A stretch of 50,645 nt of DNA from positions 1 to 50,645 of IMG/VR virus record IMGVR_UViG_3300048848_000052; one strand, 5' to 3'. Origin of the DNA: a virus (Duplodnaviria; Caudoviricetes). Positions 18,434-26,877 of the stretch are shown here, in pieces. Under the pieces are notes generated by a model. The model saw only the letters and a program-made list of their open reading frames with translations. It was not told the origin of the DNA and made no database searches. Numbering within the stretch: the first letter of the stretch is position 1; each line of letters starts with the position of its first letter. The position numbers and the translations under genes are program-made.

Positions 18434-19462
18434 TTACGGCGTTGCCGCAGTAACGAGGGAGGTGATGAACGCCATAGGCACCTGCTTGCGAGCAAACTTG
18501 CGCTCCCAGTTGGTGGCCAGCGCCAGGTCCGCCCAGTTCGCCGAGATCGGGCGAGTGGTGGTCGGGGTACCGGTGATAGTGGTGCTGGTGAACGAGAAAC
18601 CCAGCGGATGCACAACGAAGTTGCGACGAGTCCACAGGGTTTCAGCGCCGCCACCGTTACCGCGATCAGGCGTGCGGTCGTATTCCAGGCCGTCTTCGCC
18701 TTCCGGCTGCTGCTCGGCGTAGCCGATAGCGCCCGGGCCGAAGATGATCGACAGGTACTTGGCGGCTGGGCCGGTGCCGATCACAGGCAGACCGTCATCC
18801 AGCACGACAACCATGTTTTGGAAGCGACCGAACTCTGGCACCTGATCTGCAATCGGCGTGTAATCGATCTGGTTTTGGATCGCCAGTTCGGTGTGCACTG
18901 CGGAGTGCATGGCGATGACGCTGAGGCCGCCCAACTGGCCGCTGTAGTCACCCATCGTGCCCTTGGCGCGGATCACAGCGGTAGGGTTGATGATGCCGCC
19001 GGCGTCTACGACCATGTCGCCGCCATTAGAGGCGATGTTGTCGTTGTAGATGCCCACTGCGGTGGCGATGGTGCGGCGCTGGGCCACACGCTGCCAGTAG
19101 GAGATCAGGCGGCCTGCCACGAACTCCAGCGGGTCTTGCTTGGTGATGTTCTTCACCAGGTTCATGCAGTTCCAGCCTTCGTTGAGGTACGCGGCGCGCG
19201 CCTGCATGGAAGCGCTGGTGACCGACAGCGGTACCGCGATGTCGGTGTACACGTCGTTCGAGTAGTTCGACTCGATGGACGCGTCCAGGTCAACCCACCA
19301 CGGAATGGTGAAGGTGTTCGACGGGCTGGCCAGCAACTGGGTCATGTCCGAGTTGGTGGTCAGGATGCCCGACTGGAAGAACGCGGTGCGCTCGACAGTG
19401 TTGACGCTGATGTAATCCCGCAGTTCGTCACGGAAGATGACGTCGGAAAGAATGGTTGGCAT
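18434..19462 (-). CDS. Major capsid protein
   Basis: 342 aa after the scaffold gene; VVLDDGLP, FGPGAI, HPLGFSF and LATNWERKFARKQVP motifs. Confidence 0.88.
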   Translation of the reverse strand: MPTILSDVIFRDELRDYISVNTVERTAFFQSGILTTNSDMTQLLASPSNTFTIPWWVDLDASIESNYSNDVYTDIAVPLSVTSASMQARAAYLNEGWNCMNLVKNITKQDPLEFVAGRLISYWQRVAQRRTIATAVGIYNDNIASNGGDMVVDAGGIINPTAVIRAKGTMGDYSGQLGGLSVIAMHSAVHTELAIQNQIDYTPIADQVPEFGRFQNMVVVLDDGLPVIGTGPAAKYLSIIFGPGAIGYAEQQPEGEDGLEYDRTPDRGNGGGAETLWTRRNFVVHPLGFSFTSTTITGTPTTTRPISANWADLALATNWERKFARKQVPMAFITSLVTAATP

Positions 19463-19476
19463 TGCGATAGGTCCTT

Positions 19477-20193
19477 TTACGATGCCTCAGCAGCTGCCTT
19501 CAGGCGCGCATGCTCGGCGGGGTTGGTTCGGCGGAGCTCTACGCGCTCCATCCCGGTAAGTTGGTTCCACGTTTTTGCGGCCCCGCCGCCTTTGCCGCCG
19601 GTAGCCCCGCCACCAGAAGCCCTGCTTGAAGCGATCAACGGAGCCAGGGAGGCGTCGTTGAAAAGTTGAGTCTTGAATTCTTCCACCGTCAGAGCGGTAG
19701 GCCGGCGCTCAGCGTCCAGCACCACGACGGTGGGCTTGCCCTCGCGCAGCTCCATGGAGAGGCGAGGCTCGATGATTTGTTGCAGCACGGCAGCAGAGCC
19801 CTGAACGGCCAGTTCGCCGGCCACGCGGGCGGCAGTCGCACCCACGGTCAGTGCGTGAACCTGAGCCTGCAGCGCGCTCAGCGTGCCGTCTTTCTCGGCC
19901 AGCGCAGCGGTGTGCTTTTCCTGCCAGCTGCGGTCGAGCGCTTCAGTGTCACCGGACTTGCGGGCGGCATCCTCAGCAGCGATTCGCGCCGCTTCTTCAG
20001 CCTCGCGCGCCTTCGTTTTGTTGGCTCGAAGCTCAGCCAGTAGTTCGTCATTCTTGGCTTTCAAGCCCGTGACGTCCTCAGGTGCCGGCAAGCCTTCCAC
20101 TGCCAGCACGTAGTCTTCGCCCTGCGCCTTGTAGAACGCCTGCATGGATGGTTCGAGCGCGTCATATGCTGCTTTGTCGATCAGGTATTTCAT
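19477..20193 (-). CDS. Capsid scaffolding protein
   Basis: Coiled-coil region and ASGGGATGG linker; upstream of the capsid gene. Confidence 0.75.
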   Translation of the reverse strand: MKYLIDKAAYDALEPSMQAFYKAQGEDYVLAVEGLPAPEDVTGLKAKNDELLAELRANKTKAREAEEAARIAAEDAARKSGDTEALDRSWQEKHTAALAEKDGTLSALQAQVHALTVGATAARVAGELAVQGSAAVLQQIIEPRLSMELREGKPTVVVLDAERRPTALTVEEFKTQLFNDASLAPLIASSRASGGGATGGKGGGAAKTWNQLTGMERVELRRTNPAEHARLKAAAEAS

Positions 20194-20233
20194 GCTGTCC
20201 CCCTGGGACTGGTTTACAGGCTCAGCCTGCGGA

Positions 20234-21313
20234 TCAGATGCCTGCGCGCTCGAAGGCCAAAGGCTCCAAGGCCTTCATCTCAACGAGTGTCAGTGGTTTG
20301 AAGTTGCGATCGAGCTGGAGCTCGGAAAAGCGCTTAACGCTGAGCCCACCGTTGCGGAACAGAGCACCACGGGCCTTGCCAATGGCTTTGTCCTGAAACG
20401 ATGCGGGCTGCTGCTTGAGCCAGTGGTAGTAATCGAGATCGGCGCTGACTTGCGCTGCACCATCCGCTCCTTTTGAGGCCCTTGTGGCGTCCCTCTCGAA
20501 CATTTCGCTGAGGCGCGTCAGCAGCACAAAGGTCGTTCGGCAGTTCGGGTGGAACGGTGGCCTTGGCCCTGAATCGACAGGGAATCGGCGCTTATCCAGC
20601 GTCCGGCAAATCTGGCTAGTCTTGCTGTCGAGCGTGGCAACCAGCTGTATCTCGGTGACGATGTCGGTGTTGGCCTTCGCCGTCTCCATTCGCGCCTGGC
20701 TGGCAACGTGCTGGATTGCAGTGCGCACCACCGTTGAGGCGTTGCGATCAGTGATTGCCAAAATGCCGTCGGTGTACCCTGCCGCCTTCGTGCCTCGTAT
20801 GTTCTGCAGGATCTGGAAGTTCGTCTGCCCTTCGAAGAATCCTTGCCGGATTGCTCCGGTGACACGCTCGCGCTCAGCCGTCGTCCAGTCCTTTATGAAT
20901 GGCTTGAGCAGCTTGCCGCCGTCCCGAATGCTGAGCGGGTTATTCATGACAGCGGAGCGGATCGCCGTAACAGGCGGGATCGCAGCCTCAAGGCTAATGC
21001 CGGCCGGGACCGCTTTCGTCAGGCTCGTAGCCTCGAACTGCGCTTCGTAGTTGGCAAGGTCGATCAGATCCAGCGTCAGCTGATCGGTGAAGCGGGTGAA
21101 GATGCCCAGCAGCAGGCTATCCACCTCGTCGAGCAGCGTCTCCAGTCGCTTACGTGTGAACCCGGTCAAGTCTGGCTTGGTCAGGCGCTCACGCAGCGAG
21201 CGGTCGATCTCCTTGAGGAAGGGGGTGAACTTCTTCACCTCCCCCGCCTTCAGCCTTTCGAGGAAGACAGCGTGCCGAATGGTGGCATCAAGGATCGCTT
21301 GGTTTGCCGCCAT
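20234..21313 (-). CDS. Minor head morphogenesis protein (SPP1 gp7/Mu F-like)
   Basis: ATLDSKTSQICRTLD...PPFHPNCRT motif. Confidence 0.88.
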   Translation of the reverse strand: MAANQAILDATIRHAVFLERLKAGEVKKFTPFLKEIDRSLRERLTKPDLTGFTRKRLETLLDEVDSLLLGIFTRFTDQLTLDLIDLANYEAQFEATSLTKAVPAGISLEAAIPPVTAIRSAVMNNPLSIRDGGKLLKPFIKDWTTAERERVTGAIRQGFFEGQTNFQILQNIRGTKAAGYTDGILAITDRNASTVVRTAIQHVASQARMETAKANTDIVTEIQLVATLDSKTSQICRTLDKRRFPVDSGPRPPFHPNCRTTFVLLTRLSEMFERDATRASKGADGAAQVSADLDYYHWLKQQPASFQDKAIGKARGALFRNGGLSVKRFSELQLDRNFKPLTLVEMKALEPLAFERAGI

Positions 21314-22742
21314 CTGGGTTGTCCTCATCGTCCAGGCCAAGGCCTACTGGATTCGCTTCGAGCTCGCCGCGAATGTCCTCGTCCGTCTTCTCTGGGTCGA
21401 TCACGCCGCGGTCGCGCAGGTACTGCCAGAAGTCAGACTCAGGCACGCGCCCGGCCTGCACTGCATTGAACAGACTGGCCATGATTGCTGCGTCGAGACT
21501 CACTTGCGTGAAGTCCTGATTCAGCTTCAGCAGTGCTTCGCCGGCGACATTCTCGAATGCGCACATCCACATCAGGCACTGGCTGTAGGCCTCGCTGACG
21601 TTGCTCACGGCCAGCGACAGGATGCTGTGCTCTGCCGCGCTGTCGTTGTCAGCCTGGGTTGCGGTCTTCACCGCGCTGCCACGCTCAATCAGCCGGGCGC
21701 CGAGCGAGACCATGTCCTCCTTCTTGCCGTCCATAGCCTCTTTGACGAGGGTGTTCGGCTCAGGCTGAGCAAAGCCACACGATCCATTGGCCGGCAGCGT
21801 CAGCGGTGCGCGCGAGCCGACATAGATGCCGTTCTCTTCCAGGTGATCGCGCCACGCCTCATCAAGGCCAGCGATCCAGAACTGAGGCTGACCCGAGAAC
21901 CAGACCGAGTCCTCGTAATCCGCGCTGTTGTGGTAATGGCCGATGTTGATCTCAGCCATGTCGTACAGCGGAGAGTCATCAATCGACGAATCGTTGTTCT
22001 CGCTGCCGACGAACATGAAGGGGATCAGGCGCCAAGGCTTGCCCGTGCCATCCAGAGGCGTGTGCGCGTCACTCGCCGCCCAGCTCCCGCCCTCAGTCGT
22101 CCACAGCTCCTGCTCGTACACGCCAGAATCATTCAGGCGCAGCACGCGATATTGGTCCTTGCTCTCAACCCCGAAACCGTCGTCGGTGTCCTTGTCGACC
22201 ACTTCCTTCAGCACAACCAGGCTCAGCAGGTGCTGCCCGCCGACCTTGCGCGTCTTCCAGTTGATGATGCACTCAGCGTTGTAGCTGGCGATGGTTGGGC
22301 GGATGCCCATTGCTGCGCTGTCCGCCTTGCTGGTCGCTCCTGGCTCAACGCTTGGATAGTCAACCAGCAGCCCGTGACGCCCAACTTCGAGAATGTGCCC
22401 GATGACCGACTGCGATTGCTGGTAAATGCTGATGCCCTGGCCATCGACATCCTTGGCGACGTATTCGAGCGCGGCTGGCACGGTGAGCGTTGGCCATGTG
22501 CGGAACACCGCACCCACCAGACTGTTTTTCGTGCGCCCGGTGGCGTTGTAGAACACGGCCCGCATCAGATACGTGGCGAAGCGCGCCTTGTTCTCGTCGC
22601 TCTCATCGTGAGGGTTGGGCCGAGGCAGGTAATAATCCCCGCGTGCCTTCACGGTCTCGGAGCCCTTGCACACGTCGCGCACCAGCCGCCAACGGGACTG
22701 TGCCGCGTCGTATTCCGGGCGGGTATAGGTGACGTCTGCCAT
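21288..22742 (-). CDS. Portal protein (DUF4055-type)
   Basis: 484 aa after the terminase; YLMRAVFYNATGRT and NIGHYHNSADYE motifs. Confidence 0.88.
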   Translation of the reverse strand: MADVTYTRPEYDAAQSRWRLVRDVCKGSETVKARGDYYLPRPNPHDESDENKARFATYLMRAVFYNATGRTKNSLVGAVFRTWPTLTVPAALEYVAKDVDGQGISIYQQSQSVIGHILEVGRHGLLVDYPSVEPGATSKADSAAMGIRPTIASYNAECIINWKTRKVGGQHLLSLVVLKEVVDKDTDDGFGVESKDQYRVLRLNDSGVYEQELWTTEGGSWAASDAHTPLDGTGKPWRLIPFMFVGSENNDSSIDDSPLYDMAEINIGHYHNSADYEDSVWFSGQPQFWIAGLDEAWRDHLEENGIYVGSRAPLTLPANGSCGFAQPEPNTLVKEAMDGKKEDMVSLGARLIERGSAVKTATQADNDSAAEHSILSLAVSNVSEAYSQCLMWMCAFENVAGEALLKLNQDFTQVSLDAAIMASLFNAVQAGRVPESDFWQYLRDRGVIDPEKTDEDIRGELEANPVGLGLDDEDNPDGGKPSDP

Positions 22743-24229
22743 TAGCGTGCGAATCCCATTTTGATTGATTTGACCGGCTTCCTTGCGCTCTTGGCGACAG
22801 CGAAATACCGGAATGCATCGGACGGGTGAGACGCCCAGTCATGAAGAGGCTTGTCTTTCCAGCAGCCCTTTTTGTCGTCCCACTCTTTGCGGTAATTCTC
22901 GAGCGCGGTGATGCCCTCTTCGCACTTCGCCTCGTCAAAGGCGCAGAGCCCGAGGATTTCCCGCGCTTGGTCGATGCCGTCGTCGACGCCGATCTTCGGC
23001 ACGACCTGGAACGTCATGCGGTAGTGCTGGCCGTCGATCTCGTAGCCTTCGCGCGCCATTTCCCGGCGGGTCTTGGCATCGCTACCGAACTCGCGGTTGT
23101 CGATGTCGTGCGGCCCCCAGTGCTCGGAGTAGGTGTAGCCCTTGTCCTTGAGCACCTTCATGTAGTGCCGCAGGCCTTCCCCGCTGTTCTGATAGAAGTC
23201 GATGACGTGGTACTCGTTGCCGACCTGACGCACGAACCAGATGGCCGTGGAGTCGCCGACGCCGATGTCCCAGAAGGTCATCACCGACAGGTGGCTGTTG
23301 TCTGGCAGCGTGCCGATACGCTGAGCGGCGTAGAGTTTGGTGAACTGCTGGGCGTAGTAGGCGCCCTCGATCGACTGCTGGAAGGCTTCGGCCGGAATCG
23401 ACGGGTATTCCCGCTTCATGTCATCGCCGAGAGTCTTCTCCTTGGCGGCGTACCAGGCGCGCTGGCCAGGGTTCGTATCGATGCCGTGCTTGGCAAACAG
23501 CTCGTTGAAGTATTTGGCCAGGCGCTCCGGAATGACCGCTTCGGCTGGGTCGAGCCAATAGGCCTGATTCTTCCACCAGCTGAAGAAGAAAAACTTCCAA
23601 TCCAGCTTGCCGAGTGGTGTGCCGGACAGCAGCTGCTTCTCGGCGCTCTGCGAGTAATCGAAGAAGTAGCCCGCCCGGCCTTCCGCAGTTGATTCGATCG
23701 TGACAAAGCAGTCAGTTGCCACCGCCTCGAAGGCGCCGGTGACGATCTCGCGCGCCTTGTGCGGAAACTTGGCGCAGATCTTCCCGAACTCGGATACGTG
23801 CAGGTAACGCAGCGTGCCGCCCCGGAACGAGGTGCTGACGTAGAGCGAGCCACCCTTGCTGAACACCAGTTCGCCGGCGGCATCGTTGCTCGCCGGGTTG
23901 GCGGCGCGGATCTCTTTCGGCAGGTTGTCGTAGGCGTACTTCACCTTCTCCCGGAACAGGCGCTTGGCGTCGTTCAGGGTGTGAGCGATCAGTGCGCACT
24001 TCGCAGACTCGAAAAGAGCGGCGTCCAGCTGGATGATGCAGCACTCAGTTGTAAAACCGAGCTGCCGAGCCTTCAGGATGATGTTGCGGGTGTGCATTCC
24101 ATCGAAGTATTCAATCTGCTCGTGCGTCATCCGGAAGCGGACTTTCTTGCCCTGCTTGTCGGTGATGAAGTAGAGATTGTTCAACCGCCAACGCTTATCC
24201 CGGAGCAGCTTCATGTGCTCGGGCTTCAT
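22742..24229 (-). CDS. Terminase large subunit
   Basis: ILKARQLGFTT Walker A-like, LHVSEFG, IESTAEG, WDIGVGDSTAIW and HDWASHPSDAFRY motifs. Confidence 0.95.
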   Translation of the reverse strand: MKPEHMKLLRDKRWRLNNLYFITDKQGKKVRFRMTHEQIEYFDGMHTRNIILKARQLGFTTECCIIQLDAALFESAKCALIAHTLNDAKRLFREKVKYAYDNLPKEIRAANPASNDAAGELVFSKGGSLYVSTSFRGGTLRYLHVSEFGKICAKFPHKAREIVTGAFEAVATDCFVTIESTAEGRAGYFFDYSQSAEKQLLSGTPLGKLDWKFFFFSWWKNQAYWLDPAEAVIPERLAKYFNELFAKHGIDTNPGQRAWYAAKEKTLGDDMKREYPSIPAEAFQQSIEGAYYAQQFTKLYAAQRIGTLPDNSHLSVMTFWDIGVGDSTAIWFVRQVGNEYHVIDFYQNSGEGLRHYMKVLKDKGYTYSEHWGPHDIDNREFGSDAKTRREMAREGYEIDGQHYRMTFQVVPKIGVDDGIDQAREILGLCAFDEAKCEEGITALENYRKEWDDKKGCWKDKPLHDWASHPSDAFRYFAVAKSARKPVKSIKMGFAR

Positions 24230-24230
24230 G

Positions 24231-24755
24231 TCAGGCGTCCTTCGATAGTTCGTCCATCATCGCGGCCAGGGTATCGACTGTCTTGTCACCCTCTTCCGTG
24301 TCGAGGTTGTAGGCCTGGCGTTCGCCTTTGATGACTTTGAGCTGAGCGTCAACGCCAGCGTTAAGCGATCGGGAGAAGTCGCCGATGTTCGCCTCGTTGA
24401 CCGTCATGGCCTGAAGCGCGGCGCTGAGCTTGTTCGCAATTCCTCGCCACTGAGCCAGATCAACTCGGTGCGCGAGCACTACAGAGGCAGCCTTGTCGGA
24501 AGCCTCCTCAATGATCTGCTCTTCGGTTACCAGCGGATCGTCTTGGTAACTTTCCGTGGTAACCGCGTTGGTAACCTTTCGCTTGGCTGCGGCTCTGACC
24601 TTATCCGTCAGGTCGCGCACCCAGCCTTCCTTCTTCGCTCGCTTGGCAATCGCTACATGAGAGATGTTGCTCTCTTCGGCGATTGCTCGAACTGAAAGCG
24701 ACCCAGCCCGGTAGGCTCGTTCGATCGCCTCCCAGTCGGGTTGCTTGGTTGTCAT
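24231..24755 (-). CDS. Terminase small subunit
   Basis: PDWEAIERAYRAG.LSVRAIA HTH; directly upstream of the large subunit. Confidence 0.85.
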   Translation of the reverse strand: MTTKQPDWEAIERAYRAGSLSVRAIAEESNISHVAIAKRAKKEGWVRDLTDKVRAAAKRKVTNAVTTESYQDDPLVTEEQIIEEASDKAASVVLAHRVDLAQWRGIANKLSAALQAMTVNEANIGDFSRSLNAGVDAQLKVIKGERQAYNLDTEEGDKTVDTLAAMMDELSKDA

Positions 24756-24764
24756 AGGGAATCC

Positions 24765-25016
24765 TTAGTCTTCGATGTCCAACAGCACATCAATCAGCTT
24801 CTGCTCTCCCAGGCGCATCGCACCCAGGCATTGCAGGTCGTCGCACTTAGGGCCGAGCCCGAACACAGTCACCTGACCTTTCGGGCCGATCAGGGTCAAG
24901 GCGCCTACGGTGCATTCCGGATGGACACCAGCATCGAGGTCGTCAGCGATCTTGCGTAGGGTCTTCGCGGCGTCGCGCCATCCCTCGCGCTTGAAGTCGA
25001 TCAGCTTGGCGGTCAT
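24765..25016 (-). CDS. Hypothetical phage protein
   Basis: 83 aa; ATGA overlap with the upstream gene. Confidence 0.65.
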   Translation of the reverse strand: MTAKLIDFKREGWRDAAKTLRKIADDLDAGVHPECTVGALTLIGPKGQVTVFGLGPKCDDLQCLGAMRLGEQKLIDVLLDIED

Positions 25017-25204
25017 GCCTTCACCATTTCGTGCGTCTGGGCGTGAGCCTGTCCGTGGAGGATTGCCACGACCAGACCCTGAGGCAGCCCGGCGGACTTG
25101 GCGGCGTCGATGGCCTTGGCGATCGCGATATCCAGTTCGGTCACAGCCTTATTGATCTCAGGGCTCATCGGCAGCGCGTGGCGCAAGCGAGTTACATTGC
25201 TCAT
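25013..25204 (-). CDS. Hypothetical phage protein
   Basis: 63 aa; coupled (TGATG) to the Acb2-like gene. Confidence 0.65.
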   Translation of the reverse strand: MSNVTRLRHALPMSPEINKAVTELDIAIAKAIDAAKSAGLPQGLVVAILHGQAHAQTHEMVKA

Positions 25205-25434
25205 CAGCTGAATGGGTCAGCTGGTTTGGCGATCGAGCGAACGAACCACATGAAGCCCTGCTGGAGATTGGTTTCGGCCAACGCCAGCAGACGTGGGTCA
25301 ACGCCTTCAATCTGGCCGATCTGCTTGAACAGTTCGCCGGCGTCGGCCTCCAGAGCCTTGATCGAGTTCATGCCGTCGATTTCAGACTGAGTCAGGTCGC
25401 GGTAGCCGGTGATCTTCTTGTGCTGGTTATCCAT
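25204..25434 (-). CDS. acb2: Acb2/Tad1-family cyclic-nucleotide sponge (anti-CBASS-like)
   Basis: MDNQHKKITGYRDLTQSEIDGMNSIK and LALAETNLQQGFMWFVRSIAKP resemble, from recall, the N- and C-terminal motifs of Pseudomonas phage Acb2; SD GAGGAG. Confidence 0.8.
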   Translation of the reverse strand: MDNQHKKITGYRDLTQSEIDGMNSIKALEADAGELFKQIGQIEGVDPRLLALAETNLQQGFMWFVRSIAKPADPFS

Positions 25435-25493
25435 GCTGCTCTCCTCGTCGCGTGTCGCGACACAATTTGCACTCTCGCGAAACGTGTCGCGAC

Positions 25494-25760
25494 CTACTTG
25501 CTTTGGCTGCGCTTGATCTGCGCGTCGACCTGGTCTGCGCAAGTGTCGAGCAGGTTGATGGCTTGGTTCTTCAGTTCCCACAGCTGGCCGTTGTCGGCGA
25601 GGTCTTCATCAGCTACCCGCTCACATGGCACCAGCTCAGGGGGTTCGACTCTTACTGCCGCTGTCTTTGTTACCACTGCCGGCTTTCCCGCGCAGGCCGT
25701 CAGGCAGAGGCTGAGCAGCCCAATCACGAACAGGCTTGCTGTTGCGCTTGAGTTCTTCAA
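25494..25760 (-). CDS. o-spanin (Rz1/LysC-like lipoprotein)
   Basis: Lipobox LTAC; overlaps the Rz 3' end in a different frame; NGQL...CADQVD motif. Confidence 0.8.
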   Translation of the reverse strand: MKNSSATASLFVIGLLSLCLTACAGKPAVVTKTAAVRVEPPELVPCERVADEDLADNGQLWELKNQAINLLDTCADQVDAQIKRSQSK

Positions 25761-26022
25761 AGTTCTTCTCCGCCTTTCTGGCTTTGGCCTGGCTGGCCTG
25801 TAACCGCTTGTTCAGGTCTTTCTGGTAATCGGCGTTGCGCTGGGCTTCGGCGCGTAGGGTGGTGATCGTGGCCTGGCTTTCGAGGTTGGCGTCGACCGCC
25901 TTCTTCTTCTCGCTGGCTTCGAATGCCACTTCTCCGCGAAGGGCGACGACTCGCGACTGCTGAATCCCAATGAGGAGCAGGCCGACCAGGGCGATGATGA
26001 TTGCTGCAGCGAAGGCCTTCAT
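25636..26022 (-). CDS. i-spanin (Rz/LysB-like)
   Basis: N-terminal TM segment, coiled coil and VRDWAAQPLP motif. Confidence 0.82.
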   Translation of the reverse strand: MKAFAAAIIIALVGLLLIGIQQSRVVALRGEVAFEASEKKKAVDANLESQATITTLRAEAQRNADYQKDLNKRLQASQAKARKAEKNFEELKRNSKPVRDWAAQPLPDGLRGKAGSGNKDSGSKSRTP

Positions 26023-26342
26023 GCGGCATCCGCCTTGCGACCGAGGAAGCGGGTCACCAATTCGCGTATGGCTGTCACGCCGAGGAAGCCGATCGTGCCA
26101 CCGGCAGCGACCGACAAACTGGAAGGCCAGGCCATCCACTCGATAATGCTGGACGCGACCAAGCTCAGCGATCCACAGATCAGCGCCTCGAACACAATCC
26201 GGCGCTTACTGGTTTCCTTCGCGTCGTACATGACTCGAAGCAACGATACGGTGATGGACATGATCACGCCCTGCCAGAGCGGATTGCTCAACGCCAGCCA
26301 GATCTTGGCCCATGTGTCTGGCTTGTCAGGCATGTTTGGCAT
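26019..26342 (-). CDS. Holin, lambda S family (possible dual start M-P-N-M)
   Basis: MPDKPDTW, LRVMYD, EALICG and GGTIGFLGV motifs; three hydrophobic segments. Confidence 0.88.
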   Translation of the reverse strand: MPNMPDKPDTWAKIWLALSNPLWQGVIMSITVSLLRVMYDAKETSKRRIVFEALICGSLSLVASSIIEWMAWPSSLSVAAGGTIGFLGVTAIRELVTRFLGRKADAA

Positions 26343-26430
26343 CCGGGTTGCCTCCCCCATGGGGAGTTTGATAAATCCGGCGTCCGCTGCACTCCCAGCT
26401 CGGAGCAATGGGTGTGGGGAGCCGAAAACG

Positions 26431-26459
26431 AAAAAAGCCCCTGCGAATGCAGAGGCCCT
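26431..26459 (-). terminator. Intrinsic terminator between the RNA cluster and the holin
   Basis: Minus strand GGCCTCTGC-ATTC-GCAGGGGCT followed by a T-run. Confidence 0.75.
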
Positions 26460-26464
26460 GAATA

Positions 26465-26591
26465 GGTGCGGATGGCAGGTGCTGATCTCCTGCTTTCGGG
26501 CTGGTCGAGTTGCACGACCGTACAGTGTGGTTCCGATTACCACAGGGCCAAGGCCCGTTACCTTTACGCATCAGCCTGCGCATTCATCCGC
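26465..26591 (-). ncRNA. tRNA-shaped RNA with complementary D/T loops and no canonical anticodon arm (late copy)
   Basis: GCGGAUG/CAUCCGC acceptor stem; UGCGC-AGGCUGAU-GCGUA; GCAGG-AGAUCAGCA-CCUGC; homologous to 35035-35229. Confidence 0.65.
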
Positions 26592-26797
26592 ATAATGCGA
26601 GGGTCTTTCCCCTCCTGTCCGCCGAAGGCTATCACAGCGTCGACGCCCCTTTGCATCGATCTCGCTGTTCCTGTCTCGCGCCACCCTGAAAGCATTGTGA
26701 GGTCAGCGTGCGCGGGCTGCCGGCGTTGATCCGTGCGTCGCACTATCCGGCTATCGACGTCCAGGCCTTCCCGAAGGCTGTCCTGGCTACAGGTGTT
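26592..26797 (-). ncRNA. Putative structured RNA between tRNA-Asn and the cloverleaf RNA
   Basis: Dense hairpins (GCCUUC-GG-GAAGGC, GCCGG/CCGGC, ACAGCG/CGCUGU enclosing UCGAUGC/GCGUCGA, AGGG-GAAAGA-CCCU); no credible ORF. Confidence 0.45.
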
Positions 26798-26799
26798 GC

Positions 26800-26874
26800 T
26801 GGCTGGCATGGGAGGGTTCGAACCTCCGACCGGGCGGTTAACAGCCGCCTGCTCTACCGCTGAGCTACACGCCA
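26800..26874 (-). tRNA. tRNA-Asn (GUU)
   Basis: UGGCGUG/CAUGCCA acceptor, GCUC/GAGC D stem, GGCGG-CUGUUAA-CCGCC anticodon arm, GGUUCGAAC T loop, encoded CCA; 75 nt. Confidence 0.93.
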
Positions 26875-26877
26875 ATT

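Noticed and set aside
20484-24331. Long opposite-strand ORFs over the head genes (also 6499..7785, 13317..14510, 18359..19669, 46033..47334)
   Set aside because: Shadow ORFs typical of high-GC coding DNA, with no SD or recognisable motifs.
26677-26714. CGCGCCAC...GTGCGCG as a fourth copy of the CGCGACAC motif
   Set aside because: Mismatched arms, a 23-nt spacer and no AAAC; better explained as a stem of the local structured RNA.
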